Shown here: positions 47,517 through 55,264 of the stretch, in pieces
Numbering within the stretch: the stretch's first letter is position 1
Layout: each line of letters starts with the position of its first letter
Assembly: GCA_951406725.2 (NCBI GenBank)
Contig: OX597826.1
Coordinates: forward strand, 42,656,001 to 42,720,000
DNA length: 64,000 nucleotides
Origin: Octopus vulgaris
Taxonomy: Eukaryota
Direction of reading: 5' to 3'
The notes under the pieces: generated by a model
Databases searched by the model: none
What the model was told of the DNA's origin: nothing
What the model saw: the letters and a program-made list of their open reading frames with translations, nothing else
Translations under genes and position numbers: made by a program

Positions 47517-50039
47517 GTTTATACATTTATATTATGTTTATACATTTATATGCGTGTACAAGCATACATTGTCACCATTTGTATTATTATTGTTTCGTTT
47601 CTTATTAGGCTATATTGAAGTGTCGTCGATACAAGAACAAAGAATTAAAGATCAAATGGTACACACCAGCTGCTCCTACAGTTACTAATAGCATTGATAC
47701 ATCATCTGCTGACCTTGATGATTCTGTAAGACCTGTTTTCTCTTTTTCTTATTTGTTGTGATTACTTAAGCATTTAGTCCTCACATATTCAATGCATATT
47801 CTCTTGTTCAGCAGAATCTTCTATTGATGGTAAGATGAAATGGTTGTAATCCTTTAGCAATCAAACTGGTAAAATCTAGCTTCTGTAAGCTTGTTTGAGT
47901 TGACCCAAGGTTGAAGGTAGTGTTTCTATGAACAGCCCATGTAATTTTTTCTTTCAATTTGTTTGGGACTACATTGTATAAAGTTTATTATTTTTTAAAG
48001 ACAGCAGTGTGTGATTTGAAGGAGATTTGGCTGTTATTCCTTGCAAATCAAATAACTGTGCAGAGCCTCTCTTGTTGGTTGAGGACAGCATCATTTGGTG
48101 TTGCTTGTTCATGTGTGATGCTGTAGGTACATCTTTTTTCATAAGAAAATAATCACCACTCACTCATACCTAAATCATTTTACAAATATTAAAGCCATGT
48201 GACCTCCAGTATCGATCTTTTACAGATGTACAAGGCCTTGTCAGTTACAATAATTAAAATTAAAATATTAGTATTATATGCCCCTTCCCTCATACATCAA
48301 CCCAGTGGTTCTCAACCATTTTTTGCCTATGGCCCTTTTGATTCCTATTTTACTCACTGTATATAAAAGAAAAAAAATCCTACTGCATTTTTATAATTAA
48401 ATATTATTAGGAATTGTGTAAAATAACTAGAATATTTTATGCATTGTAGAAGTATAAGAAATTTATTGCACATAAATTTTAATAACAAAATCTATGTTGT
48501 CCCCCCCCCAGTCGAGAGCCACTGTGTGAACCCATCATCTCCAAGCAGGAATCTGAAAGCTCACTCCATTTGTTGTCTTGCGAGTGGCAAGGTCACCTCA
48601 CAAGTATCTGTGGCATGTAAAAATCACCAAGTACAAGGTGTAAAGTGGTTGGCATTAGGAAGGGCGTCCAGCCATAGAAATTATGCCACAGCAGACACTG
48701 GAGCATGATGTTATCCTTGGACTCATTGAATCCAATCAAACCATCCAGTTCATGCCAGCATGGAACGTGGATGTTAAATAAGGATGATGATATTGTATAT
48801 ATCAGCATGATTATTTAATATGCTCAATATTTTGACTTCTTAAGAGTAAAATTATTGACAAGTTAGTATCTACACTGCATATGAATACATCAAAAATAAA
48901 GTGGGAATTCAACTGGATGAAGCATGAAATGTTCTAGATTGCAGGACATCAGAGAAAACAGAGATATTGTGGAAGAAAAGTGTGTAAGGATTGATAATGG
49001 TACACTTGAATTTAGTGGTTCTGAAAAGAAGCAGGGAAGTGCTGTTATGAAATGCTACTAAAATTGGATAATGTAATGGAAAAGGAAAGTATTCTTAATG
49101 TAAACCTGACAGAGGGGTCAGCCTTTGTAGATGATAGCAGTATGCTAGTTAAAGCAATCAAGGATATGAAGACAAGGAAAGCCCCTGGTCCGTCAGGAAT
49201 TTCATTGTGGTGCTTAAAACATCTGGTAAAGTGGGATACGGCCTAGATAGCCTGTAGTTAATCAGGTTGTTTAATAAGTTGTTATATCCAACAACTTGTA
49301 TAGCAGCATTATTGGTCAACTGTTTGATGAGTAAAGGAGATGCTTTAGAGAGAAATAATTACAGAGGTATCAAATTAATGGACCAGCTTTTGACTTACAG
49401 AAAGAGTTGTGTTCCAGCTAAAAGTTAGACTAGATGGGATGCAGTTTCATTTTTTGCCAGAGAAAAGTACTTTGCTTTAGTTGACCTGGAGAAATCCTTT
49501 GGCATTTGCTCCTTGTTCTGGTGGTCGCTACAGAAGTTAAGAGTAAACAAATGACAGATCTTTTCCATCTCAAGCACAGATTTTTAAATTAATTTTTTTT
49601 AACTAAACACTTTGAAACTTCGGATACTGGTTGAATGTGTCATGTAGAACAGAGTTTACCCTTCACGTTTTTGACAAAATTTTGTATTTTAGAGGTTTTT
49701 TCGTGTTAAAGTTGTATTTGGGTAATTTTAACCAATCAATGACTTGTGAGGTGAGAGCTGTTCAAGCTATACATGGGGATGCTGTCAGTAAAGTGAGTTA
49801 ACAATGAGTACAGCAGTGAATTTAGTGTGCTGGTTGGAGTTCATCATTACAAAGTTTAGGTGAATTTTCCTCAATTATTGTGACAAAGGAATTTAATATG
49901 AGTTGTCGTGTCTTCAATTTTTCAGTTTACCCAGTCTCCGCTGGAGTGTACAGAGTTCACTGACCTGGAAGTTGGAGCCCTGTTGGGTGCTGATGACGAA
50001 GATGATGAAGATGAAGAGAGTCGCTCTTGGAGAAGATAA
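1364..50039 (+). CDS. RBM26: RNA-binding protein 26/27 ortholog (PWI, CCCH zinc finger, 2 RRMs), 22 coding exons, about 1034 aa
   Basis: Manual splicing of 22 GT-AG exons gives an open frame of 3105 nt. N-terminus MIIENVEALKTWLTKTLSPICDADPAALAKYVVALVKKDK; zinc finger RCRDYDEKGYCMRGDLCPYDHG; motifs GYNPEAP, NNIAKLNEHFGKFG, FNNRFIKVFWH; C-terminus DEEESRSWRR-like. All match RBM26/RBM27. The two vertebrate paralogs cannot be distinguished for a single invertebrate gene. Confidence 0.96.
1545..3000 (+). repeat. Cluster of decayed copies of a short dispersed repeat (family D)
   Basis: Recurrent core gtgtgatttgag(g)gagattt(g)gctgctatttctagc at about 1825, 2110, 2290 and 2960; also at about 510, 6435, 9115, 14010, 48010, 60070, 61860 and inverted at about 14690, 36170. 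Confidence 0.7.
3050..5340 (+). mobile_element. Degraded LINE (CR1/L2/Jockey-like) reverse transcriptase fragment
   Basis: Translation at about 4415-4500, PFYKKGNLSKPVNYCPVSFTSNISK, resembles the PxxKKG..NYRPISLTS RT motif; many stops and frameshifts; edges uncertain. Confidence 0.65.
5585..6180 (-). mobile_element. tRNA-derived SINE family A, interrupted by a piggyBac-type MITE
   Basis: Reverse complement of the head (...gtggttaag...caaccacatggtt..ttcagtctcactg) and of the tail cagtccaatgact..aagtaaaaga. Confidence 0.8.
5939..6158. mobile_element. piggyBac-type MITE, 220 bp
   Basis: Perfect 12-bp TIR CCCTTTCGTTAC / GTAACGAAAGGG; TTAA duplicated at 5935-5938 and 6159-6162. Confidence 0.92.
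6825..7230 (-). mobile_element. SINE family A variant with RTE-like tail
   Basis: gaagacacttgcccaag core and ttttccatgtttgcatgg tail in reverse orientation. Confidence 0.7.
7248..7543 (-). mobile_element. Well-preserved tRNA-derived SINE (distinct family)
   Basis: Minus-strand head GGAGGCGCAATGGCCCAGTAGTTAGGGCAGCGGACTCGCGGTCATAGGATCGCGGTTTCGATTCCCAG with Pol III A and B boxes, about 220-nt body, flanked by TA/CA microsatellites. Confidence 0.8.
7795..8160 (-). mobile_element. SINE family A (CORE-like), young copy
   Basis: Near-identical reverse complement of + copies at 11840, 17360 and 58055; CpGs retained. Confidence 0.88.
8205..8590 (+). mobile_element. SINE family A variant
   Basis: catggctgtatagttaaaaagtttgc..ttcagtctcactgtg..ggcaagtg head; ends gatgttaaaatgat. 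Confidence 0.65.
8886..9100. mobile_element. piggyBac-type MITE family 2
   Basis: TTAA-CCCTTTAGCATT ... AATGTTAAAGGA-TTAA; homologous copies at about 13790, 37945 and 42595. Confidence 0.85.
9278..9396 (+). CDS. RBM26: RBM26/27 exon 2 (PWI)
   Basis: ttccttcatag acceptor; CDADPAALAKYVVALVKKDKPENELNDNLIDQLDVFLQQ; donor GTAAGT. Confidence 0.96.
11570..11775 (+). mobile_element. RTE-associated repeat family C (3' part)
   Basis: gccggtggcacgtaaaaaagca..ggttggcattaggatgggcatccag..(GAT)n tail. Confidence 0.75.
11840..12210 (+). mobile_element. SINE family A, full length
   Basis: GGAGTGGCTGTGTGGTAAGTAGCTTGCTTACC head, internal TA/TG microsatellite, tail cagtcaaatgactgaaac.agtaaaaga. Confidence 0.88.
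12577..13125 (-). mobile_element. Family C element with 6-unit hairpin array
   Basis: (CAT)n end, ctggatgcccttcctaatgccaaccac core, then tandem 60-70-bp units at 12739-13105. Confidence 0.85.
13190..13470 (+). CDS. RBM26: RBM26/27 exon 3 (PWI end plus N/S/T-rich linker)
   Basis: ttgttgcag acceptor; TRTFVDGLFEALKTKSY...KLDRKRKVPDGSDV; donor GTGAGT. Confidence 0.93.
13790..13994. mobile_element. piggyBac-type MITE family 2 copy
   Basis: cctttagcatttaaattggcc ... gaatgctaaattg-TTAA, with an internal (CAT)n. Confidence 0.75.
14316..14389 (+). CDS. RBM26: RBM26/27 exon 4
   Basis: gatag acceptor; GPTEEDKEHRKKRSRSSSPRGGRS; donor GTAAAT; phases fit neighbours. Confidence 0.88.
15388..15792 (+). 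mobile_element. SINE family A variant with RTE-like tail
   Basis: Head plus cttgggcaagtatcttctactatagcc; tail catggaaaagtggacgttaaaatgatgat. Confidence 0.8.
15995..16224 (+). CDS. RBM26: RBM26/27 exon 5 (RS/RD-rich)
   Basis: cttcttgcag acceptor; DDRRRRHDDRRFNRRRSRERSRS...SRSRSRSRSR; donor GTAACT. Confidence 0.92.
16307..17000 (+). mobile_element. Head-to-tail array (about 4 copies) of SINE family B
   Basis: Repeated ttctgagttcaaat..gcctttcatc..gataaaataa..ggggttgatg..ggccttgtgcc units of about 200 bp. Confidence 0.75.
17360..17703 (+). mobile_element. SINE family A
   Basis: accaaccacatggttccgggttcagtcccactgtgtggcaccttgggcaagtgtcttc; full tail. Confidence 0.88.
17955..18200 (+). CDS. RBM26: RBM26/27 exon 6 (start of CCCH finger)
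   Basis: ctttcag acceptor; ...SNRPRCRDYD; donor GTAAGC. Confidence 0.92.
18362..18775 (-). mobile_element. SINE family A variant
   Basis: gaagacacttgcccaaggtgcc..gaacctgaaatcacatggttgg in reverse. Confidence 0.72.
18950..20191 (+). mobile_element. mariner (DD34D-type) transposon, near full length, transposase pseudogene about 19095-20115
   Basis: HTH region (ITVEELAKKLGFDHSTIHRHLHAIGKV), VTGDEK, LLSVWWD, HPPFLPYIAPSDYDLFRSL (YSPDLAPSD motif); frameshifts and stops; 3' TIR ...atgggatgacccaa followed by TA; 5' TIR missing. Confidence 0.93.
20198..20570 (-). mobile_element. Family C element with internally duplicated core
   Basis: (CAT)n ttaacgtctg.. end; ctggatgcccttc core present twice (about 20312 and 20410). 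Confidence 0.75.
21492..21602 (+). CDS. RBM26: RBM26/27 exon 7 (CCCH finger)
   Basis: tttcaccag acceptor; EKGYCMRGDLCPYDHGLDPVIVEDVNLP; donor GTATGT. Confidence 0.95.
22563..22679 (+). CDS. RBM26: RBM26/27 exon 8 (Pro-rich)
   Basis: ttttttttag acceptor; PPSTHGAPGFIGPRIPPLGPPHMPQIGPRGPPPRPARP; donor GTAAGG. Confidence 0.9.
22973..23017 (+). ncRNA. Type I minimal hammerhead ribozyme-like motif (intron 8, sense)
   Basis: TCTGTG-CTGATGA-AGGGAAATAACCTA-GAAA-TCGCGA-TA-CTCAGA: intact core, palindromic stem III ATCGCGAT, stem I 5 of 6 pairs, imperfect stem II. Confidence 0.55.
23692..24050 (-). mobile_element. Family C element
   Basis: (CAT)n, ggatgcccttc core, cttgcaagacaaaaacc segment shared with 20490 and 34270. 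Confidence 0.7.
24485..24664 (+). CDS. RBM26: RBM26/27 exon 9
   Basis: tttccaatttcaag acceptor (AAG type); ESYQPEGYNPEAPAINPPRP includes the conserved GYNPEAP motif; donor GTTAGT. Confidence 0.88.
25019..25192 (+). mobile_element. SINE family B
   Basis: ggtggcgagctggcag..ttctgagttcaaattctgccgaggtcgagtttgcc..ggccttgtgcctagaatag. Confidence 0.8.
25959..26120 (+). CDS. RBM26: RBM26/27 exon 10
   Basis: ctttctttctag acceptor; open frame LDNKSCNVSAPETNRTVIPPKRD...QPNPP; donor GTTTGC; phase 1/1. Confidence 0.82.
27135..27550 (+). mobile_element. RTE LINE RT fragment
   Basis: Decayed LEVVDSF..GGCSESVAARI..AWAKFRE..PLLVTKG..YNACV..AMLHGSETW motifs. Confidence 0.75.
27560..27728 (-). mobile_element. 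SINE family B
   Basis: ggatgaaaggcaaagtcgacctcggtggaattcgaactc..ttctgccagcttgccacc. Confidence 0.8.
28227..28451. mobile_element. Foldback/MITE with about 45-bp imperfect terminal inverted repeats
   Basis: ttatgaataaatcagaattatactggagagggttgcaaaaac vs gtttttgcaatcctttccattataattgtgatttattcataa. Confidence 0.8.
28569..28717. mobile_element. MITE with perfect 24-bp inverted repeats
   Basis: taatagtgcataagattttataca / tgtataaaatcttatgcactatta. Confidence 0.82.
28957..29090 (+). CDS. RBM26: RBM26/27 exon 11 (RRM1 N-half)
   Basis: NTTLEVRKIPRDQNNIAKLNEHFGKFGVLKNIQ; cttcag acceptor, GTAATT donor. Confidence 0.95.
29160..29650 (+). mobile_element. RTE (BovB-like) LINE 3' fragment
   Basis: Decayed KQLNCFYQRCLHSIM..WAGHV..RILKAVVYSKLSQGKR C-terminal RTE motifs. 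Confidence 0.75.
29673..30081 (+). repeat. 337-bp-period direct repeat enclosing a decayed hammerhead motif (retrozyme/Penelope-LTR-like)
   Basis: About 70-bp direct repeats at 29673 and 30010 (tgcctataaat.gcagc.tgc...tatatgtgtgtt.gatattgttt); hammerhead-like motif at 29883-29926. Confidence 0.6.
30633..30782 (+). CDS. RBM26: RBM26/27 exon 12 (RRM1 C-half)
   Basis: VSFENDLEAALITFANHTQANVAYRSSEPVFNNRFIKVFWHREK; ctttag acceptor, GTGAGT donor. Confidence 0.95.
30848..31475 (-). mobile_element. Head-to-tail array (3 copies) of SINE family B, adjoining (AAT)n
   Basis: Three units with aaggcaaagttg..ctgctaa..ccttaataat, separated by AAT-rich tails. Confidence 0.8.
32155..32462 (+). mobile_element. 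Family C element with 3-unit hairpin array
   Basis: gtggcac(a/g)taaaaagcaccatccga repeats, ggttggcgttaggaagggcatccagccgtagaaac core, (GAT)n tail. Confidence 0.85.
32780..32926 (+). CDS. RBM26: RBM26/27 exon 13
   Basis: tttttcag acceptor; contains PVKARLG; donor GTAAAT. Confidence 0.9.
33264..33476 (+). CDS. RBM26: RBM26/27 exon 14 (Thr-rich)
   Basis: tttgcag acceptor; GHLTKTVFNPAAIK motif followed by poly-Thr; donor GTAAGG. Confidence 0.9.
33860..34440 (-). mobile_element. Family C element with 9 x 26-bp tandem array
   Basis: Unit ggtgctttttatgtgrcaccagcay(g/a) repeated over 34027-34260. Confidence 0.85.
36795..37200 (+). mobile_element. Tandem pair of SINE family B
   Basis: Two consecutive units with tttcatcc(c)ttt..gataaa and terminal cctgttg/gctaaa plus (ATT) tails. 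Confidence 0.7.
37423..37491 (+). CDS. RBM26: RBM26/27 exon 15 (coiled coil)
   Basis: long pyrimidine tract plus gtag; DSILKKVQKQKRDLLLSYVQQQH; donor GTAAGT. Confidence 0.88.
37945..38161. mobile_element. piggyBac-type MITE family 2 copy
   Basis: TTAA-cccgttagcatttaaaccggcc ... ctgaatgctaaaggg-ttat. Confidence 0.82.
38757..38819 (+). CDS. RBM26: RBM26/27 exon 16 (coiled coil)
   Basis: ttttccgtcag acceptor; LLKKRLTDKNISADTKGKILK; donor GTAAGT. Confidence 0.88.
38985..39500. mobile_element. RTE LINE fragments (inverted 5' piece plus sense 3' piece)
   Basis: Minus strand LEVVDSFCYL at about 39000-39030; plus strand LHWYGRV..GRPR-like 3' region and gcaagtatggaaaa tail. Confidence 0.65.
39896..39985 (+). 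CDS. RBM26: RBM26/27 exon 17
   Basis: gacag acceptor; EIDDLRNIIKKFQEDLFPKKKSEVTKTKPA; donor GTAAGT. Confidence 0.87.
40190..41105 (+). mobile_element. Array of about 4 SINE family B copies
   Basis: Units starting near 40195, 40410, 40668 and 40880, ending gccttgtgcc..aa..gaaac plus (ATT)n. Confidence 0.72.
41854..41991 (+). CDS. RBM26: RBM26/27 exon 18
   Basis: conserved QKEILDTELELISKQNSGEDTTDLRKKLIELTQE; ttacag acceptor, GTGGGC donor. Confidence 0.93.
42595..42787. mobile_element. piggyBac-type MITE family 2, left end missing
   Basis: Internal homology to the 8886 and 37945 copies; right end aatgctaaaggg-TTAA. Confidence 0.75.
43163..43366 (+). CDS. RBM26: RBM26/27 exon 19 (RG region plus RRM2 start)
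   Basis: AASLGLLSRGRGRG...LDNRPKQIHVSGF...ILAHFS; tttttcag acceptor, GTAAGT donor. Confidence 0.94.
44525..44940. mobile_element. Tigger/pogo-like MITE
   Basis: TA-caggttgtcgttaactt ... aagttgatgaagacctg-TA: imperfect TIRs with TA target duplication. Confidence 0.7.
44970..45670 (+). mobile_element. RTE ORF 3' end plus family C 3' region with hairpin array and (GAT)n tail
   Basis: RGRGRPRKTWDEVV RTE C-terminal motif at about 44980-45025, contiguous with the array (45290-45510) and the tail ggacgttaaacgatgatgatga. Confidence 0.82.
45852..45938 (+). CDS. RBM26: RBM26/27 exon 20 (RRM2)
   Basis: LFCELVKSEPDPTESNVILTFKSRQDAEK; ctgtcag acceptor, GTAAAT donor. Confidence 0.9.
46462..47351 (-). 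mobile_element. mariner, second copy of the same family, 3'-truncated
   Basis: ORF 46884..47225 (YEFNKSNSTTESARNINAIYG..NPIITVEELADKLGFGHSTI) is colinear with the 18950 copy; 5' TIR ggggtgacccaa-TA matches the 3' TIR of that copy. Confidence 0.92.
47609..47725 (+). CDS. RBM26: RBM26/27 exon 21 (RRM2 end)
   Basis: AILKCRRYKNKELKIKWYTP; cttattag acceptor, GTAAGA donor. Confidence 0.9.
48303..48524. mobile_element. hAT/Charlie-like MITE
   Basis: TIR cagtggttctcaacc / agtcgagagccactg; decayed 8-bp TSD catcaacc / tgtgaacc. Confidence 0.7.
48890..49850 (+). mobile_element. RTE LINE RT fragment
   Basis: KAIKDMKTRKAPGPSG, KGDALERNNYRGIKL, LVDLEK, VGVH motifs with stops; interrupted at about 49555-49745. 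Confidence 0.78.
49926..50039 (+). CDS. RBM26: RBM26/27 exon 22 (terminal coding exon)
   Basis: tttttcag acceptor; ...GADDEDDEDEESRSWRR-stop, the diagnostic C-terminus. Confidence 0.94.
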   Translation, partial: FTQSPLECTEFTDLEVGALLGADDEDDEDEESRSWRR

Positions 50040-51024
50040 TAAACAAACATATGGATGATGGAATTTTCATTTCTCCCCCATCCCCTACACCACCACCTCT
50101 ACCACTATTGCCTATATCTATGGCACCAGTTTTTTTTTTCATGTACAGTTGTAATATTCTTAAAAAAAAGAAGAGAACAATATATATAAGAAAATTCTTA
50201 TTCTTTCTCGCTTTCATAACAAAAACTAAATTCTATTTTTTCCCCTTCCCCTTTTAATTTGCTCGTTGTTCCCATTAAGGCAGGCTAATGTGTCATTTGA
50301 TTCCAACTGAACAAACACGAAAAGTTTGTTGATAATTTTTTTTCTCCTTTTAGTTTGAGGAAATTTTTTTTCTTTATTTGTTTATTTCTGGAACAGTAAA
50401 TCTGGGTTGATTTACTCTTGCCTTCATTTTTTTTTAAAACCCTTCTGAGCTGACCACTTCATGCAAGACAATAATGAGTGTATAATACAAAAAAAAAAAT
50501 ATATATATATATATACATATTTGTATATGTATACACATATATACACCCACTGAACTAGTCAGAAATGCTGTTATTGATTGAAGTAGATAGCAGCTTTTTG
50601 TAAATAGATTTTATGACACACATACACATATCTTACCTTCGTTTTATTTGCCCTCTCCCTCTCAGCCCCCTTCAGTATTGTATTTTCCACCCTCTTCTAA
50701 AACCAAACTGAAATGACTGCTGTGACCCTTTAATTTGTTTTTTATTTTTATTTATTTATTCACTTTTTTTTTTTTTTTTTGCAAAGTGGGTTGGTGGGTC
50801 TCTGTGTAATTTTGTTGGTCAGTCAAGAAAATAATCAACAACATGTATGCACACACACTTAAACATTGGGCTTTAATAATAATGTTTAAACATCACAGAA
50901 ATGTATGAAAAAAAACCTGGATTCAGAAAATATAGTTTGACCATCAAAATAATTTCCTCTGGTTTAGTATAGATTGAACAAGATTCTTTGGTGACATTGT
51001 ATGTGTATGAATGTATGTGTACAT

Positions 51025-51059
<35 letters not shown>

Positions 51060-52127
51060 ATGCAGGGATGTGATAGTATTCATTGTGAATGATATAATTT
51101 ACTGAAATATTTATTTATGCAAGCAAAAGATTTACATGTAATCCATTTGTCCCCATAGCAGCCACCTTTCATCTCGAATTAACATCTTGTTTATAGTATA
51201 TCCTGCGTTTGTGTTCAAATCTGTTCAAGGGCACTCTATGAAACTAATGTAATGCATAGCTATATTGACATAAGAAGACTATTGTTGGTATTTCTCTTCT
51301 CACATACCCATATCTGCAGCTCATTCACCTTTCATCATCATCAACATCATCATCATCACCTAGTTGTTGTTATCAGACTGTGATGAATGGCAGAATGTCT
51401 TGGTGTCATTTCTAGTGACTATCTTGTGCCTTATTTCCTGTATACATCCGATACATAAATCTCTTTCTCAGATACACATACGCCCTCAGATATTTAGATA
51501 ATGTATACATTTCTATAATGTTCTCATATAATATATAGTTAAACTGTATCAGTGTACAGTAATATATATATAATATATACACATGTACATACATGTATAT
51601 ATGTATACTATATACAAACGTATAACTTGTATGTATATGTGTACATACACTTGCATATTGTACTCATGCATACATGTGTGTGTGTGTATATCTCACTTCA
51701 TCCCACTTAGTTATTTTATCAACCAACCAACCCAGCCTGAATTATACCACTTCTTGTGTATGAGTTCAACTTCTGCGTTTCATCATATTTTTTTCTTTAG
51801 TTAAGTAGCTAGCTCGAGCAGTTTAAGTTTAAATTCATGGTGAAAGTGTTTCTTTTCCGTGTATTTAAAATATTCCGTTATGTTACATTCACTTAATTTC
51901 GGTGGGATATTTAAGTTTCTGTCAGTTTTTAGCTTGTGCCAGTGGTTATAAATGACATGGCCCTTTATAGCTGACCCCGTCTCATGAGTACATAACTTCA
52001 TTTTAAGTAACTATTTTAAAAAGGATTTAGGCAAAAGTTATTTCAGATGTATATGTGGACAATGGACTTTAAATGATGTTAATATATAATATAGGTTTGA
52101 TGATAAAAACAGGAAAGAAATGAAAAC

Positions 52128-52177
<50 letters not shown>

Positions 52178-52650
52178 TTTTATTAATCACCAGAAATTAC
52201 AAAGTAACTCAAGGGTTGCGAGTTTCATGCATTGGCATGTTTGATAAGTGTTAGTGCACGAGACTCTCAGCCCTTGTGTTAGTCTCTAATTTCTGTCAGT
52301 TAATTGATATAATTTTATGATCTATTTTGTTGCAAAGAAAAATTTTTATATGTACCATTATTTTTCATAACTATTAATTATCTGCAATGCTAGGCACCAT
52401 ACTTACTGTTTGTGAATTTCTTTGGGCAGATCTACTTTCATTTTCATTTTTTCTCTTTGGTCTTTTAATCGACAGTCTTCTTCCTAAAAGTCAAAATTTC
52501 ATGGCAAACATTGTCTTACACTGGCTTCTCTGGTAGCATTCAGTCTCTTTGTTCTATATTTCTAACCATAGTTATAATATATATCTGCCATCGTTCATCC
52601 TAACAACAACATGGGGTTCTGTCGTGAATAAAAACAAACTAAATATCGAA
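50040..52650 (+). other. Probable 3' UTR (possibly extending to about 55780)
   Basis: About 2.6 kb with no recognisable SINE/LINE, U-rich tracts, AATAAA at 52627; SINE relics resume right after. Confidence 0.5.
52132..52175. repeat. (TA)n microsatellite
   Basis: Direct reading. Confidence 0.95.
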
Positions 52651-54677
52651 CATATTTGTATTAGTAATAAGCAAGGTAATGAATTGGCAGGCCAGGTTGT
52701 GTTTAGTTATGTCCCTATATAATCTTTATATCCTATTGAAGTTAATTTTGCCATTCAACCTTGAAGGCGTAGTGTGTGTGCTCTAATATAAGCACCACCA
52801 ATCAAATACTGGAGTTGGATTGGTCAACTACTGCCCCATCACACACAAAAATATTCTGGTGTGAAATTATACTTATTTATCTTAGAAAAAAATATTATTG
52901 TATTAATAATAGTACCTTGTATACTGTGCTGCTATTCCTAATAATGTTGTTATTTTACAATTCATATTAGGGCAGTGGTTAGTAGAAACTGTATGAAGCC
53001 AGTTAAAATGCTTTTCTGTATTTAGTAACATCCCTTTATGATTAGTGTTCAAAATTCAGGATTAATAAAATAAGTACCAATCAAGTAGGGGCTCAGTAAG
53101 AGTGACTCTATCCTTTGATCTTGTTATTAAAGAAATTATTATTATCATTATTTAAATGAATGTTTTAGGAAAGTCATAGCATTTACAAAAGAGCTGTCTA
53201 AATACTTAGTTTCTTAATTAAGTCTTCATTACTTTTTTTTGTTATTTTTTATGTCACTGTCTTAGGTTTGTGCATTGATGATTTTATAATTCCTAGCCAC
53301 CTAATTTAGAAATGGGATCATCCAGTATAATCTTTTATTTTGTTTTAGTATAATCATTCATCTCCCTAATCTTGAGCTTTTCTCTGTTAAATGTCCGCAT
53401 ATACTTCATTTACCATTCCAAACATATACAGACCCTTGAAATTGTAAATTTTTTTAAAGCGCTCCATCTATGTATTTTATTAATTTTAATTTCAATTTTG
53501 CTATTACTGTTTAGAATAGGAGTAAAGTGAGGGATCCAGATCAGTCTCTGCTTGCAATTGCTGGGTCTATAGAGAGTAATACTGAAGAGCCAGTGGGAGT
53601 GGGTGGGGCTTATAATCTTAATACTGCAGTCTCTCTCTCTCTCTCTTTCCGGTTATCACACTGCATTTGAGCCCTGATGTTGTCAGTAGATAATATCATC
53701 TGCAGTGGGAAGACTGTGTACTTGCAGTGTGCAGTGCTGCTGGAGAGAAAGATAGTAACTTGCTGTAGATTGGTATCTCTTGCTGAATGAAAGAGAATAG
53801 ATTGGGTGGGGATCTTTTATGTCTCCTTCATAGCACAAACACCAAAGATAAACTTTGGCCCAATGCGGTCTTGTCATTCTTGGACAATCAGTAGCCCAGT
53901 CCAATTTTGGTTATCTCTTACTGTTGATATATATATATACACGTGTGTGTGTGTGTGTGTGTGTGTAGATATGGTGACATGACTGCTTGAAGTGCTGCAT
54001 GAATTGGAAGTGGGAGAGAGAATAATTTAAATTAGCGTAAGTTCTAAGCAAGTTATTTTCTTGGCTCATCAACCCACGTCTTAATTTTTTTTTTTATTAT
54101 TATTTTTTTTTGTGTGTGTATGTGTGGAGTTGGGGTTGGTATCTCTGTTTTACTTTTTGTCTCTTCTTTTTCTCTCCCAATTCACAAATTCTTACATCCT
54201 ATCTTGATTTGACCCGGTTGAAGAAAAAAAACAAAACAAGAGATATAACGATATTGACGTTTTAAAATATGAAAGATACCTTCATTTGAAAATAAATGGA
54301 ACACAGGTGAATAAAAAGAAAAAAAATTATTTAAATTCCACATTCTGCTGGGATTTGTTCCATACTTATTCTTCGAAGTTTTTTTTTTCCTTCTTTCTAC
54401 CCCCTCTATTATATTTTAGTGAAACATATAACAACAGCAACGGTAGCAACTACAAAAGGCGGCAAAAGAAAATATCAGTTTTAATAAAACTGCAAGAAGT
54501 TTGGTTTTGTTACCTAACTCTTTTCTTTTAAATTTAATTTTTTTTTTTAACAAAAATTTTGTTTTCTCCATGTGAAGGAAGTAGTTGATTAAATATTCTG
54601 GACTTCACACTGTTTTTAACTATTATTATTATTATTATTATTTTTATTATTTTTTTTTTATTATTGTTACCATTATA

Positions 54678-54910
54678 GTAGCAAACTGGCAGAATCGTTA
54701 CCACACCGGACAAAATGCTCCGTGGCATTTCTTTCGGTTTTACTTTTCTGAGTTCAAATGCTGCTGAGGTCGACTTTACCTTTCATCCTTGTGGGATTGA
54801 TAAATTAAGTACCAGTGAAACACTGGGGTCAATGTGATTGATTATCCCCCTCTCCTAAATTTCAGGCACTGTGCCTATAGTAGTAAGAATTATTATTATT
54901 ATTATTATTA
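54678..54910 (+). mobile_element. SINE family B with (ATT)n tail
   Basis: gcaaactggcagaatcgttaccac..gaggtcgactttacctttcatcc..(att)n. Confidence 0.8.
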
Positions 54911-55264
54911 TGAACAGTGTAGAACAAGGGCTATAATAAACTCTTCGTGGGCTGAATCTCACAGTGCAGCTCTGATTTCCCACTTGTAGCCTATTGACTT
55001 TTATTTATGATGTTGATGCTTTTTGGAAAAGCACACTCATCATACAGTCTCATTTCCTTCTATAAATTTATGGTCTTGTGCCTCAGTAAGAAATCATCAT
55101 CATCATCATCATCATTATATTATTTTTATTATTATGATTATTATTATTATTATTATTATTGTTATAATTATGATTATAATTATTATTATTATTGCTATTT
55201 CATTACTGATATCTTGTTCCGTTTGCCAATTTCTCTCTCTCAAATGTATTTAAAAATCAGATTT

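Noticed and set aside
53683-53904. Second gene (73-aa ORF, minus strand)
   Set aside because: No recognisable domain, no convincing splice sites or partner exons; more likely UTR or intergenic.
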